Of a DNA stretch of 64,000 nt, positions 13,901-26,276 are shown piece after piece. The notes beneath the pieces were generated by a model. The model searched no databases. It was not told the origin of the DNA and was given only the letters and a program-made list of their open reading frames with translations. Both the position numbers and the translations under genes were made by a program. Position 1 is the stretch's first letter. Every line of letters begins with the position of its first letter. The stretch is from Leucoraja ocellata (taxonomy: Eukaryota), in contig JAWMAR010000594.1 of assembly GCA_036785375.1 (NCBI GenBank), forward strand, positions 744,001 through 808,000, written 5' to 3'.

Positions 13901-15981
13901 GTAAACATGTATATTCTGTCCGGTGTATGTTGTACTGGAGGGTTTTGTTTGTTTAGAAACTCTATCAGATATCCCTTAATACTGCTAAGGATATATCTGT
14001 CCATAGTTATATTACACCATGCTTCCAAATGAAGTTGCAATGTCCCTCCAATTTCCGTGCTCCCTATTAATTCTGGAGCCCCAGATTCACCTACCTTCAT
14101 GGTTATCGGTGGTAACTGAGTTATTTTCTTGGTTTCATTCGTGGTTGTGGAGGGCCTTGAGGTTGAGGTTGGGGTAGATGCTGAAGTAGAGGCTTTAGCA
14201 TCTTCCACAGTGGTTGTCCCGGGCCAAACCCTAAAAAAGGACGCTGCTGCTGGGTACCTCTGGCCTCTCTCCAATTCTTTGTAGTATTATTACAAAAACC
14301 TACCTTTCTTAGGATGCCCATAAGGTTGATCTCTTTTCCCCAGATATCCTTTGGATGCTCTAATCAGCCCCAAAGTCTTGGCCTCCTCATCCAATCTTTA
14401 ACCTGTTTGGACAGGTCTCCCCCAAATAACAGGGTCTATAGCCCTTTGCTTACATAGTATAGCGAACTTAGGGTCTAGAGCTGGCTGAATGGCCCTCTTT
14501 CTAATATTATTTAGTTCAAACTGCACGTTGCAAAATAGTGCTAAGGCATCCTTGTGGTCACTAGTCATGTCCACCTTTTCTAACGTGCGGGCCAAAGCTG
14601 TTATGCCCGCCGTGAGACCTTTCAGGGCATTTTGGATTTTAATATCCTGACTCCTAATGGCCTGCCCAACATGTCTCCAAATGCACCTGTTAACACTGGC
14701 TACATTAAGAGCACCACAATTTCCCGGGGGTAAATGCCTTGCCAACACTTCAGCAAAAGTATTGGCTTGAAGTTGATGGGTGGACATATATTCAATACTT
14801 ACAGCCATCCTGTCCTCGAGATCATTCCCAGTGTGTTCCTGCTGGAAGTACTGGCCCACCATGTCCAGCAGGTTGTTTTTCTCCCCTTCAATAGGGGAAG
14901 GTGGCTCCATCACCTGCTCAGATTCTGACCCAGTCAGACCTTCAATACCCTCCTCAGAGGCGTCTGATATTTCATGCAACCCTTTATGGGAAACTGCTGT
15001 GGGACTTATATTTTGCCCACTGTGGCTATCCTCCAATCCCGGAGCCTGCCACTCTGGAGAATTTCCTCCAGCAACCGCTCCAGGCGACTTCCATGCTCTC
15101 GGGCACTAGTCGATCGCGGGTGCTTTAATATATCGGACCGCTCCTGCCGACCTTGGTGCTCTCGGGCACTAGTCGCACGCGGTATTTCCCGCAGCCGGTC
15201 CCCATGCCTACGGGCACTGGTCGCTCCCGGCCGCCCGATATACTCATGCCGCTCCTCACGGTCCCGGTACTCACGGGCACCTCTACCCGTTTGGAGTGAA
15301 GTTTGGTACTTGCTCCCTTATGGGAGATGCTGGTGCCGACATTCGTTGCTGCCTGCTGCTGTTCAGTAAACGGCAGCGACATCTGTAGCTCTGCACCGAC
15401 GTCCGTAGTTGGCTGCCTGCTGCTGTTCAGTAAACGGCAGCGACGTCTGTGGCTCTGTGCTGACGTCCGTTGCTGGCTGCCTGCTGCTGTTCAGAAACGG
15501 CAGCGACGTCTATAAAGAAAAAAGGTAAGGACAATTTTTTTTTACCTGTGGTGGTTCTCAGCCTGCCGTTTGGGAGGAACGTCCTTCCTCCCGCAGCCCC
15601 ACGGACCCCGTAGCGTAGGTCCTTGGGCTGTTGTCCGAGATGTCGGGCTGACGGCTACGGTGTACTCCTGTCAGCGTTCTTTCCCCCCAGCTGAAGTTGC
15701 ACCAACTCCCGCTAAGGGACTATCATGCTAGTGGCCGTTTGCTGGCTACCTGCTGCTTGCAGATTCCTCCCTTGCCAGCTTTAAACAGCCTTCCTGTAGG
15801 AAAAGGTAAGGAAATAAACGACGTTCCCTTACCTTTCTATTACAGGTTCGAAAAACCCTGCCGTTTGGGAGGAACGTCCTTCCTCCCAACAATGACGAGT
15901 TGCAATGCGTGTAGCGATATGACACGCATGCGTCGTAAGCGGGGTTCTTCACGTAGTCACTCACGTGACTCCGAAGTAAAA
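10964..15981 (-). mobile_element. DIRS1 tyrosine-recombinase retrotransposon, full length but decayed (copy B)
   Basis: Left end TTTTACTTCGGAGTCACGTGAG at 15981; right end ...TCTTACTA at 10964; ICR at ~11180-11292. Frameshifted gag (14121-15380), RT/RH/MT (12440-14274, internally deleted) and YR (HSTR, KFYNK; 11480-12442). Splits an old CR1 fragment at an ATT. Confidence 0.95.
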
Positions 15982-16429
15982 TACATCCGACTCCTAAAAT
16001 CTCTCCTAGCTGCAAACCTCCATTGGAGCTAGAAGCTCTTCTGCACTCTTTTTATTGCTGCCACATTCTCCTTGTAGTGTGGTAACCAGTGTGGTCTAAC
16101 AATGTTTCTCATCCATTCTGGTTCATTCTCCAATGCAATGAATTTTCCATTGTTGCACCTATTACATGTTGAGTTGGAAAGGAGTCGTGTGCACATTGTA
16201 GAAAGTCCATTTCCTCAATGCCTTTGCTCAAATTGATATGGAGTGTTAGAAACCCACCATAATTGCTGTTCCTTTACCATTTACCCAATTTGTCAGCATC
16301 TGTTTCGCTCCACCTCAATTCCACTATGCTATGCCTGCCATAGTTGCCCCATCCAGTTAAATTTTAGGTATCGACAATGATCCATCCATGTCTCCCAAAA
16401 CAAGTGTAATATTCCGTTAGTACAGGTTG

Positions 16430-18082
16430 TACACCTTTGTGTTCAGGAAGGAACCAGATCCACCTACTTACCTGGTTGCCGGTGGTACGTCCCTTTCTTC
16501 AATTTCTGCCTCTTCTGCGGAAGAGGCGCCGGAGTGCGGGTTTGGCACGTTTTCCATGACGGTCGCTCTGGGCCTTGGCCTAAAAAGGACCTCCGTGGTG
16601 CTGTGCGGCCCTCATGCTTTCACCAGCGTCCTGGTGTTAATACCTGCTGGTGGATGCATAGGGGTGCTGTTGTTGCTGAGGACGCTGTTATGAGCCCGAC
16701 GTCTTTAATCTCTTCGGCGAGCTTTTCTCTGTACCATCGTCTGGGCAAGCAACCAATGATTTGCCCGCTGTCAGAAGTTTTGAAATCTTCTGTAGTTTGA
16801 CCTCCTGGGTTTTTGTGCCATTCCCACTGTACCCCCAGATCTCATTGTTTGCTGCAGGCATTTTTAAAACGAAGTAAAGTTCACAGGAGGCCTATACTTC
16901 TCCGTAATTTTGTTGCCTGTTCCTGCAGAAGATGGAAGTACAGGTAGTCGATGCTGGCCACCAGCCTGGTCTGTAATGGTACTTTTCGTTGATCCGTAAT
17001 TTTGGTGATCACTCCCAGTAGCTCCTTAGGATTCTGCACCCCCTGCACACTGCCGTTTTCTTCAGCCACGTCCCCTTCTTCCGAACCAGCCCAGCCCTGG
17101 TTCACAACGTTCTCCTCTATCGAGGGAGATGCATTGTTTTACAGCCTTCGATAAGGTGCTGTTGTGGGAGTGCGAAGACTCCCATAGATGGCGCTTGCTC
17201 CATCTCCCGGAGCAAGTCACGGGCGGACCTCTGCTGCACTCGGGCAGCGCACCCCTTCGGCCGGACTCAGATGAGTATGATCGGCCGGGCTGAATCCTGC
17301 TGGGCTTTGCCTCCAGCCTGCAGCGCTGCTTTGAGCTGTACGACTCATGGCGCTGGATTCAGCTTGGAGTCGGTAAGTGGACCTTAGTAACCACGCCAAC
17401 GGTCACTTTTACTGCCCTTGGATAGTGCGTCCTCCTGGCCGGACTCCCTGAGTCTATCGGCCGTACCGACACCTGCCTGCCTGCAGCCCACTGTGTTGTT
17501 TCCAGCTATACTGGGTGCTGGGCTCAGCCTGCGCTGGTCGTACCCGGCTGTCGGCTGCCGGAACCTTCCTTGTTCCTCACAGCCTGCGGTCCTGGAACCG
17601 CTGTTTGCCGATGGCTGTGGGCTGCCGGAACTTTCCCTAGTTCCCCGCAGCCTGCGGTCCTGGAACCGCTGGGCATCCGTGGTTGTTGGTTGCCGGGACC
17701 CACCTGGTTCCCCGCAGCCTGCGATCCTGGAACCACTAGACGTCCGTGGTGACGGCTGCCAAGACCTACCTGGTTCCCCGCGGCAGCCTGCGGTCCTGGA
17801 GCCGCTGGGCGTCTAGAGTTGTCGGCTGCCGGGAACTACCTGGTTCCCCGCAGCAGCCTGCGGTCCAGGTCCGTTTTTTCTTCCTTGTCCAATGTGCTGT
17901 AACATAAAGCACAGCAAGGGGAAGAATACAACTTCAATTTTTCCTTACCTGTGTAGGTCCGTTTGAATTTTTCCTGCAGGAACGCTCCACCCCCGCCCGT
18001 TGCTGTTGCGCTGCGTGAGACGTTGTCGCGCACGCGTGCTGGCGGGGTCTTCACGTAGTCACTCACATGATCCGAAGTAAAA
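16430..18082 (-). mobile_element. DIRS1 5' half (left ITR, decayed gag, start of pol) (copy D)
   Basis: Left terminus ttttacttcgga-tcatgtgagtgactacgtgaaga at 18082; gag similarity (QGWAG..LLGV; RSFLGQGPERPSWK); pol start VGGSGS at ~16450-16467. Confidence 0.85.
17545..17868. repeat. Minisatellite (~57-60 bp unit, ~5.5 copies) inside DIRS copy D gag
   Basis: Repeated gcagcctgcggtcctggaaccgct...ggctgccgg..acct..tggttcccc. Confidence 0.85.
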
Positions 18083-20180
18083 TTAAAGGCAGCATCAAAC
18101 AGAAAAGCCTTCAGCCCCAGAGTTGGGGCCGACCTGCATTTTTCAGGAAGTTTATGTGGTGCATAAGAACTAAACGCTGCTTCTCCGTGTTTATTTCTGA
18201 CTCTGGGGACAGAAAGCAGACCTGTCCTAGAGGACACTTTCTTTCATAAATAAGTCTCAGATCAGGGGGCAAAGTTTCAAACAAGAAGTAATTTGGATTG
18301 AGATGGGAAAGTTTTTCATTCAGAGGGAAGTGACTTTTTCAAATTTTCGACTCCACAGGTTTGTGGAGATCCGATCATTGAGTTTATTCAAACAGAGATC
18401 CATCGACTTCTTTACATTAAGGGAATACAGGTTATGGGGATAAGGCCGGAAAATGGAGCAGATGTAACCATGAGCTTGATGAATGGTGGAACAGGTCGAA
18501 TGGTCAGATGCTCTACTCCTGCTGTTTCTTCAGTTCTTGCGCACAAGTAAGGCCAGCATATAATTAGAACTATGATTGATAGATCTTTGTTAGCTCAGGA
18601 TATCAAAAATGAAGCAGGGCCAAGTAGATGGAGATTAATCGTGGTTTAATTAAATAGTGAAACAGGTTTTGCAATGATCTATTTCTATTCATGTTCTCCA
18701 TGTCAACAATAAGGCTTCATCACTAACTGCACCCTTGGGGTACATTATTCACCCAGGGCCAAATATGGAATGCAAACATAACAAAGATCACACCATCTGA
18801 ATATGCAGCAGGAGTAATAGAGGCACTAGTAGGGTCAGAGGGGTTTCTAATCTTTGGTCATGATGTACTTGGTGTACTTTCACTGCCTTGCCATTCAATG
18901 AAGAGTAAGCAAAGGATCATGAGGCCTCGGATGTCAATGTTAATTACAAAAATTAAAATGACACAAAACAACTTAAAAAGGGAAGTAAACCAGATACCCA
19001 TAAACCATGATTTCAATAGGTAAGATGCTTGAAGGAATATTTAGGAATGTAACGTATGATCATTTAGATCAAAAAGAGCTATTGGTAATACAAAACATGA
19101 CTTCCATACAAAACAATCATGTCGTGCAAACTTTGTAAAGAAAATAACCTGGTCAACATTGTCTACCTGGACATTCAGGTGCTTCACAAGAGACTATTCT
19201 TATCGAACTGGAAGCAACGTGCTTTGACATCTGGCTATATGTCCATAGGCAGAAAAGTCTGTGTTAATGGAAATGAATCGACCAATTAGCAGCACAGCTT
19301 TTTAAGTTAACCATTGTGATTAGTGGTTGTTATTTACTCATTTTATAATCTGTAAGATATTTTTGAGTGTTGGACTGGACAGTCTCTTGGGGGAACGTGC
19401 CTGTTTTTGGTATACGTTTCAGCAAAGCTGTTGCTTTGTACATTTTGTAGAACTAACACTGAATATAGATCGCCTCCAGAGAACAGGACAAATGTCAACA
19501 GCTGAGAGAGAGTCTAGATTACAACTCTGTAAACACATTGGACTTGTGAAGCGTTAGCAAACAAGATTTGAGTTTCTCTTTACAGGAACACTATAAAACA
19601 TCAGACATTATCTTTGCATTAGACCATGATTAGACCAGTTAAAATAGTGTTCAGTTTTTGTCCCCATGTGATGTGCATTATTGAGGTTGCAGAGAGAAGA
19701 AACTGCCATTTTCCTTAATTGATTTACGTATTAAAAGTATTTTAGTTGGAAAGTAACTGTGGAAAGGCATTGTAAGAATAAAGGACTGGACTGTAAGGCA
19801 AGGAAATGAAGCAGGAGATCTTTTCCTTGCCATTAGTTTTGTAAGCTTGTACACTGTAGCTATTGGCACAGGATGAAAGAAGAAAGAAGGTACACAAAAA
19901 TTGCAGGAGAAACTCAGTGGGTGCAGCAGCATCTATGGAGTGAAGGAAATAGGCGACGTTTCGGGCTGAAACCCTTCTACATTCATCACTTGCTTAAACA
20001 GTTTTATGCTATTGTGTGCAATAGAGGGATAACACATCCCACTATTATGATCACACTACACTAACTACTATGCTTACCTAATGACCCACTCCCTCTGTGC
20101 CCTTTTACAGAGTTGGTTAATTGCCCATTCTCAATTGACTCTAGTGCGTAGATACGTGGTAGAATTTGCAGTGAGAAAAA

Positions 20181-21495
20181 TAGTAAGATTAAACGAGAAC
20201 TTACCAGTTTGAAGTTTGATCTTTATTTTATGAGGAGTTACAGTGAGCGATTACGTAAAGAAGCCCCGCCAGTCTGCATGCGTGTCAATCTTCAAAGCAG
20301 CGGTGTGAAATCACAGGTAAAAACAGTCGAAGTAACACAGAAAGACTCAAAAGATTAGAACTACCAGATGACCTTTGTGATATGAGGGAGCAGTGGGCAT
20401 GTAATCGCTCACCGTAACTCATCATAAAATAAAGATCAAACTTCAAACTGGTAAGTTCTCGTTTAATCTTATTATTTTACTTCGGAGTCACGTGAGTGAT
20501 TCCGTGAAGATTTCAAAGCTCTGTGATTTCATGCCGTAGATACAGGTCCATATAACACACTGCCTCAGTTGACACAGGACGAACAAATAATGTATTCAAC
20601 ATAATTCAAATTATACATGTTAATGTTTTAATAAACAAAAGAAACAATAACGACCCCTCTCTCCCAGGGGGAAGTTACAAAACAGAACTCAAAATAGAAT
20701 GCCCAAATACTTTTGGCGTAAGAACAGGTTTATTATAAAACCGTTGAAATGTCCCTTCACTGGACCATCCTGCGGCCCGGAGAATTTGGTCTAAAGGGAC
20801 ATCCAGTGCCCTCGCTGCGGATGTTGATGCCGTCCTGGTGGAGTGAGATTTAAACACATCAGTGTCCACTCCGGCACAATCCAAAACTTGTTTCAGCCAC
20901 CTAGAAATGGTCTGTACCGACACCTTGTTATGAGGTTTTTTGTGACTGATGAGCATCGTAATTTCGGAGCCTCTAAGGCTCTTGGTGACCTCGATATACT
21001 GTCGTAAGTGCGTAACTCACATAGCCGCAGATCAATGGGATATGCCATAAAGCTCAGTTTAATCCCAGACGTCCCCGGCCTGCTCTGTTTGATCAATTCA
21101 TAAACATAAAATGTAATGTTATTTACAGAAGAAACCATGCTGTTCAGTCGTAGCTTTTGCAATGTCTGGACACGTTGCGCTGAAACGAGCGCCATGAGCA
21201 TGACTATTTTAAGGGTGAGTCTTTGCAAAGACAGAGATATAACTGGAGCCCATTGACTAAGTAGTGTGAGAACTATGCTCACATCCCAGATTTCCGTATA
21301 CCTAGGCTTAAGAGGATTACAGTTAAAAATACCCTTTATGAACCGGGATACTAATGGATGAGACCCAACAGAATGGTGTCCCGACCCCTGCCATAAATAG
21401 GACGATAATGCACTCCTGGCACTATAACTCAGTTGCTCATCAAAATATAATGTGGCAAGGAACTCAAATACATCAGGTATGCTTGCAGTTGACAT
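20181..21495 (-). mobile_element. DIRS1 3' part (YR pseudogene, ICR, right ITR) (copy E)
   Basis: YR motifs AQRVQTL, KQSRPG, KSHSTR, AGWSS, RFYNK with one frameshift; ICR ~20400-20510; right end TAGTAAGATTAAACGAG at 20181. Confidence 0.92.
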
Positions 21496-21499
21496 TGTG

Positions 21500-22785
21500 G
21501 CTCAGGGATCTGTAACATCTCCCTCAGTGGCGTTGAGTACGCTTAAACGATTCTTTTGAGCGGCGTCCTTGGCTGCGACATTTATTGTCTCGGCAGTGGT
21601 CTTAGCCTGTTGCATGATCTGCAACAAAGAGAGTGCAATCCTGGTAAGTATTTTTTGGGAGGCGATGGAGAAATGTGGACGTAGGGCGGAGTGAATGAGA
21701 AATTTGCCAACGGTTCACCCAAAAGCTCTTACATCCGCGAACATCTCCCGCTGAAGTTGTTCAACAGACACATCACAATCTGCCTCAGTTGTGCAGGCCC
21801 GCTTCCGCTTGGCGTGCTGCTGTTTGATCGCAGTGCCGGACCCAGAGGGTCACTCTGGCGGATCCGTCTCGCCCTCACTTGAGTTGGTGCTCGATGATAT
21901 CTCCATGGTAAGCTGGAAGAAAGTAATGTGTATCACAAATGTGCAAGGCCATCAGGACGTAGCAAGCAAGATGACCACCAAGTTATCATTGTCAAATATC
22001 ATTTTGACTATCTTACTTTCCAACAATTTTTTATTGTCACATCATTTTCTTAACTATTCACCTTCCTGACGCTATCCTTCCTCTGCACTATGTGGTTCCT
22101 CACGAACCCCCATTTCTCAATTATCCACCGGTCTCTGTCAGTCAGTGGCTTATTGGTGGAGCCAGACTTGCCAAGACTGCTCGACAGTTTCCCGAACTGT
22201 GTCCTCTGACTCTTGAGCCGTTGACACAGTTGGTCATCCGTGAAAACATAGAATAAATGAAGATCAGTGTTGAGCAAATTGTAATCTTAATTGGAACTGC
22301 AATTACAACCACAGAAATGTAGACAAACTACAAAGTATGTACTTACAAGAGCAGTCAGGGAACTCCTTTGCCTTGTCTTCAAGCATCGCGTTGCGGAGAT
22401 CTGTGCTCCTGAAATCACAATGGCTCTTATTGTACAGTACACGGTGGGCCTGATCGGATTCCACCAGGTCTCCCTCTTGTTCCCTGGTAAAATTATAAGA
22501 CCTTGTGACCACCGGCGCAGCTGAGGCATCAGGTCTCCTGAGCCAAATCCGAGTCCCGTTCTGCAGCAGCAGCTGGGGCTGGAGCTCAATCAGGAGCTGA
22601 AGTAGGAGATGGGACAGGAGTTGGGGTAGGAACTGGTGAAGGTGCTGAGGCAGAAGATAAGGCAGGAGATAGGACAGGTACTGAAGCAAGAGCAGGGTCA
22701 GGAACAGCAGCATGGGCAGAAGCAGTGGCTGGACCCTCCAGTTGTATGTTAGTTCTAATAACCTGCTTTACTTTGTCCTGCATGG
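21500..22785 (-). pseudogene. Intron-containing MADF/Myb-SANT-like DNA-binding gene, probably the second gene of a PIF/Harbinger transposon
   Basis: FTREQEGDLVE..HRVLYNKSHCDFRSTDLRNAMLEDKAKEF | DDQLCQRLKSQRTQFGKL..KSGS..LTDRDRWIIEKWGFVRNHI, split by an intron with GTAAGT at ~22346; Pro/Ala-rich N-terminal linker. Confidence 0.65.
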
Positions 22786-22789
22786 ATTT

Positions 22790-23970
22790 CTTCTTAATGT
22801 TTTTTTTGGTGTATCTATGTTAGTTCAGGTGTCTTTTGATGTGTCTTGTGTGGGGGGGGGGGGGAAAGGGAGGAACCGCTTTCAGTCGCCCCCTCAACGG
22901 AGAGGCGACTTTTTCGGAGAGTCGGGCCCGGAGCATCAGCAGCGGGCGCAAGCGTGGACTTTTCCATCGCGGAGCGGGCGAACCCTTGCCGGCGGTCGCC
23001 AGAGAGGAGTGCTCCGATCTCTGCCCTGGTGACTTTGGCATCATGGGGCTGTGGTCTGCGGAGCTTCTAGCCGCGGGCGTGGACTTACCATCCGGAGTCT
23101 GGGATTCCTTGCCAGGGATCGTCAGAGAAGAGCTCAGACCACCGGCCTGCGACCTATAACATCCTGGGGCCCTGGTCTCCGGTAGGAAAGTACAGGGCCT
23201 GTCCCACGAGCATGCAACTGCATGCGGCAAGTGCAACCTAACGTGGTCGCATGAGCCGTACGGCCTCGTGGGGCCAGTCCCACTTCGATCGCCGGAGCCG
23301 TATGTAGTTGTGCGGAGATGGTCCCGACATCACGCGGGGCTCTGAAAAACTGACACTGTTCAAAAATTCCACGCGGCAACGGCCTGCCGGCCTACAGCCA
23401 CATTGCGGCCGTACGCACCGCTTCGATGGGCGTACGCACCGTCTCAACGCCGTCAAGACGTTGCGTACGCCTAGCGCGAACTTCCCGCGGACTTCACGTC
23501 AACTCGTACGGGATCACTCGACCTCCACGCGGCCCCCGCTTCCGGTTTGGTCGCGCTCGCCGCATGCAGTCGCATGCTGGTGGGACAGGCCCTGTACGGG
23601 GATCACTCGACCTCCGCGCAACTCCCGCTTCCGGTTTGGTCGCGCTTGCCGCATGCTCGTGGGACAGGCCCTTACCGATTCGGGACTTCCAAGCCGCGGA
23701 GTGTGTTTGACCTTCCCGACGTTGGAGGTTTGATCATCTCGACGAGAGGGCCTGTACATCGGGCCGTCCGTTTATGGCCCCGACCACGGGTGAACAAAGG
23801 AGAAGAACTGGCTGAACTTTGTTGCCTTCCACCACAGTGAAGAATGCTGCGGTGGATGTTTGTGTTAAATCTTATTGTGTATTGTGTGTTCTTTTTAAGT
23901 GTATTGATGCTAGCATTTTCATTTCACTGCACCTTCAGGTGCATGTGATGAATAAAATTGACTTTGACTT
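22790..23970 (+). mobile_element. GC-rich non-autonomous retroposon with Rex1-like tail, interrupted by a MITE
   Basis: CpG-rich body; ends catttcactgcaccttcaggtgcatgtgatgaataaaattgactttgact. Confidence 0.5.
23194..23672. mobile_element. PIF/Harbinger-type MITE
   Basis: 22-bp TIRs AGGGCCTGTCCCACGAGCATGC / GCATGCTCGTGGGACAGGCCCT; 3-bp TSD TAC (23191-93, 23673-75). Confidence 0.8.
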
Positions 23971-26276
23971 CTTTGCCACAGAAGGCTGTGGAGGCAAAGT
24001 CAGTGGATGTATTTAAGGCAGAGATAGATTCTTGATTAATATGGGTGTCAGAGATAATGGGGAGAAGGCAGGAGAATGGGGTTAAGAGGGAAGATTCATC
24101 AGCCATGATTGAATGGCGAAGTAGACTTGATAGGCCGAATGGCCTAATTCTACTCCTATCACTTATGATCTTATGAATTCAAGATTATTCGTTAGAACAT
24201 TGCTTCAATCAAATCCGGGAGCAATATCATCTCGGCATTCATAAAATGATCCCCTTCGTTCTCTTTCTGCACATATCGAGGTTCCAAATAATATTTAATA
24301 AGCAATTTGGAAAAACTGCTGTTTGAAGGACAGTTGTCCAGTCAAGTAATTGGTCGGTGGGCAGGGCACTGAGGATGGACATGTCAAATGTCCAATGGGA
24401 GGAGCCGGCATCTGGGTATCCGGTACATTCGACTCACTGGAGGTTGTGACCCTGACCCGTCTCCTCATTAACATATATGTCCGTGCTTCCAAAATTTAAT
24501 TCTCACACTTGCGATTGTTTCATTGTACCGGTAAACTTTACCTAAATTAATTCATTTCCTGTCTGATTTAGCTCCATTATAGAAGGGCCAGAGTTCAACG
24601 CTGCGATTTGTAAAATAACGTCATTAGCATACAGATTAATTCTGCAAAAGAAAAGGTTTCAAACAAAGGCTCACCTACATTATGCCAAATTAATGACTGA
24701 CGCTGTCAGCCTTGGACTGAATGGCAAAAGAAAGCTCCTAATCTCTTTGAATAACTGGAAGGCCAGACTGCCGAGAGCAGGGTACAGGTTACAGAGCGAA
24801 GTCTCATCACAAATCAGAGGCCCAGACAACTCTTCCCTCCCCCCACCTCCAATCTCCTTCTGCCCCCCTGACCTCCTCTACTGAACAGGCCAAAGTGATT
24901 GTCTCATTTGATGAATTGAATCCTCGATTACTGGTTGATGTCTGCCTCGCTCCGCAGCAACAAATAGGAAATTTCAATGAAGAGTACAATGAAACAAATT
25001 CATTTTAATGCGGCTCCATAAATGGGCTCAACAAACGTATCATCTTCAGGAAGCAGGGTGTAAGATCACAACAAGCCACTAATTTTGACTGTTTTCCTCA
25101 CAATTCATGTGCTTATTAATAAGAAATGCTCAGGTCACAGTGCCCCGATGCAGTTCTGAGACTTGAAACTTTTTCTTTCAACAGCGAAGTATCTCCAGCA
25201 TTTTCTATTTTATTTCGTTTTATAAACATTGAACGTGGGATAAGCTGTGACCACTTCTCCAGCAATCTGCCCCCTGCAGTGTTTGCTTGATAGAAGCCTT
25301 GCCTTTGAGTCAGATGGTTGTGATACAAACTCCACAGCAGGTACCCGAGTACATAAACTAGGTTGATGTTCCACTGTGATGCTGAGGAAAAGGCTGCATT
25401 GTTCAATGTGCCATTGAATGTTTGAATGTTAAACCAACTCTCCCGGGTTGACGTGTTTCAAGCTTACATCAGTGTAATATTATTTTTAAATTGGTTACTG
25501 TTAAATTGGTGCCACAAGGCAGTGATGTGCTCCGACTGTTTCATGTGGAGCTTCCTGCTCTAGGTGAACAGAAATCTCTCGTTCAGTATAAAACCCCCAC
25601 CCCCTCGTCTGGTTCTTACTGTGCTCTGGACAAGAGATAGGGAAAGTTTCAGAATAAATTGAGTTTCCATTACAATTAGCTACAATACAAGCCTTGGCTC
25701 ATGGTTACACAGGAAGGTTGATGTGGGAAGGAGAACTGGCTTTTTGTGGTCCTACATCATTCAGGTCCCATAGGTGTTGAACTTAGTTTCAAACTGTGCT
25801 ATAATAATAGAAAGGTAAATACTGCAGCCTGAAATAAACAGCTAATGCTGGAAGTATTAGTTTACTAGAAATAAGGTTTCAGATCACGGAACTGTATTAG
25901 GCCAGTGTGTCTTTACCACTTAGCATTTCCTGGCAGGCACATGCCATGTCAGGAAGTGTGTTGGAAAGGATCATAGATATGCTTAGATGGCTCTTTAGTC
26001 TTCTGATGGTACAAGTTCTTCACTACGCCCAGAGGGTTGAAGTTATGTAAAATGGTAAACTAAAGTCAATTTAAATACAGTGAGATGCCTTTAACTTTAA
26101 TTTTACTTCGGAGTCACGTGAGTGACTACGTGAAGAACCCGCTCAGTGCGCAGGCGCGGCATTACGCCAGCAGCGCAACAGCGGCGGCAGCTGGAGTCAG
26201 GCTCTTCAGCTGCAGGATAAAACAAGACCGTTCAGGTAAGTGTTTTTTGAACAGGAGTAGGAGAAAAATTGCGAGT

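Noticed and set aside
17545-17868. Regularly spaced repeats resembling a CRISPR array
   Set aside because: The 'spacers' are homologous to each other; it is a minisatellite inside a DIRS gag and there are no cas genes
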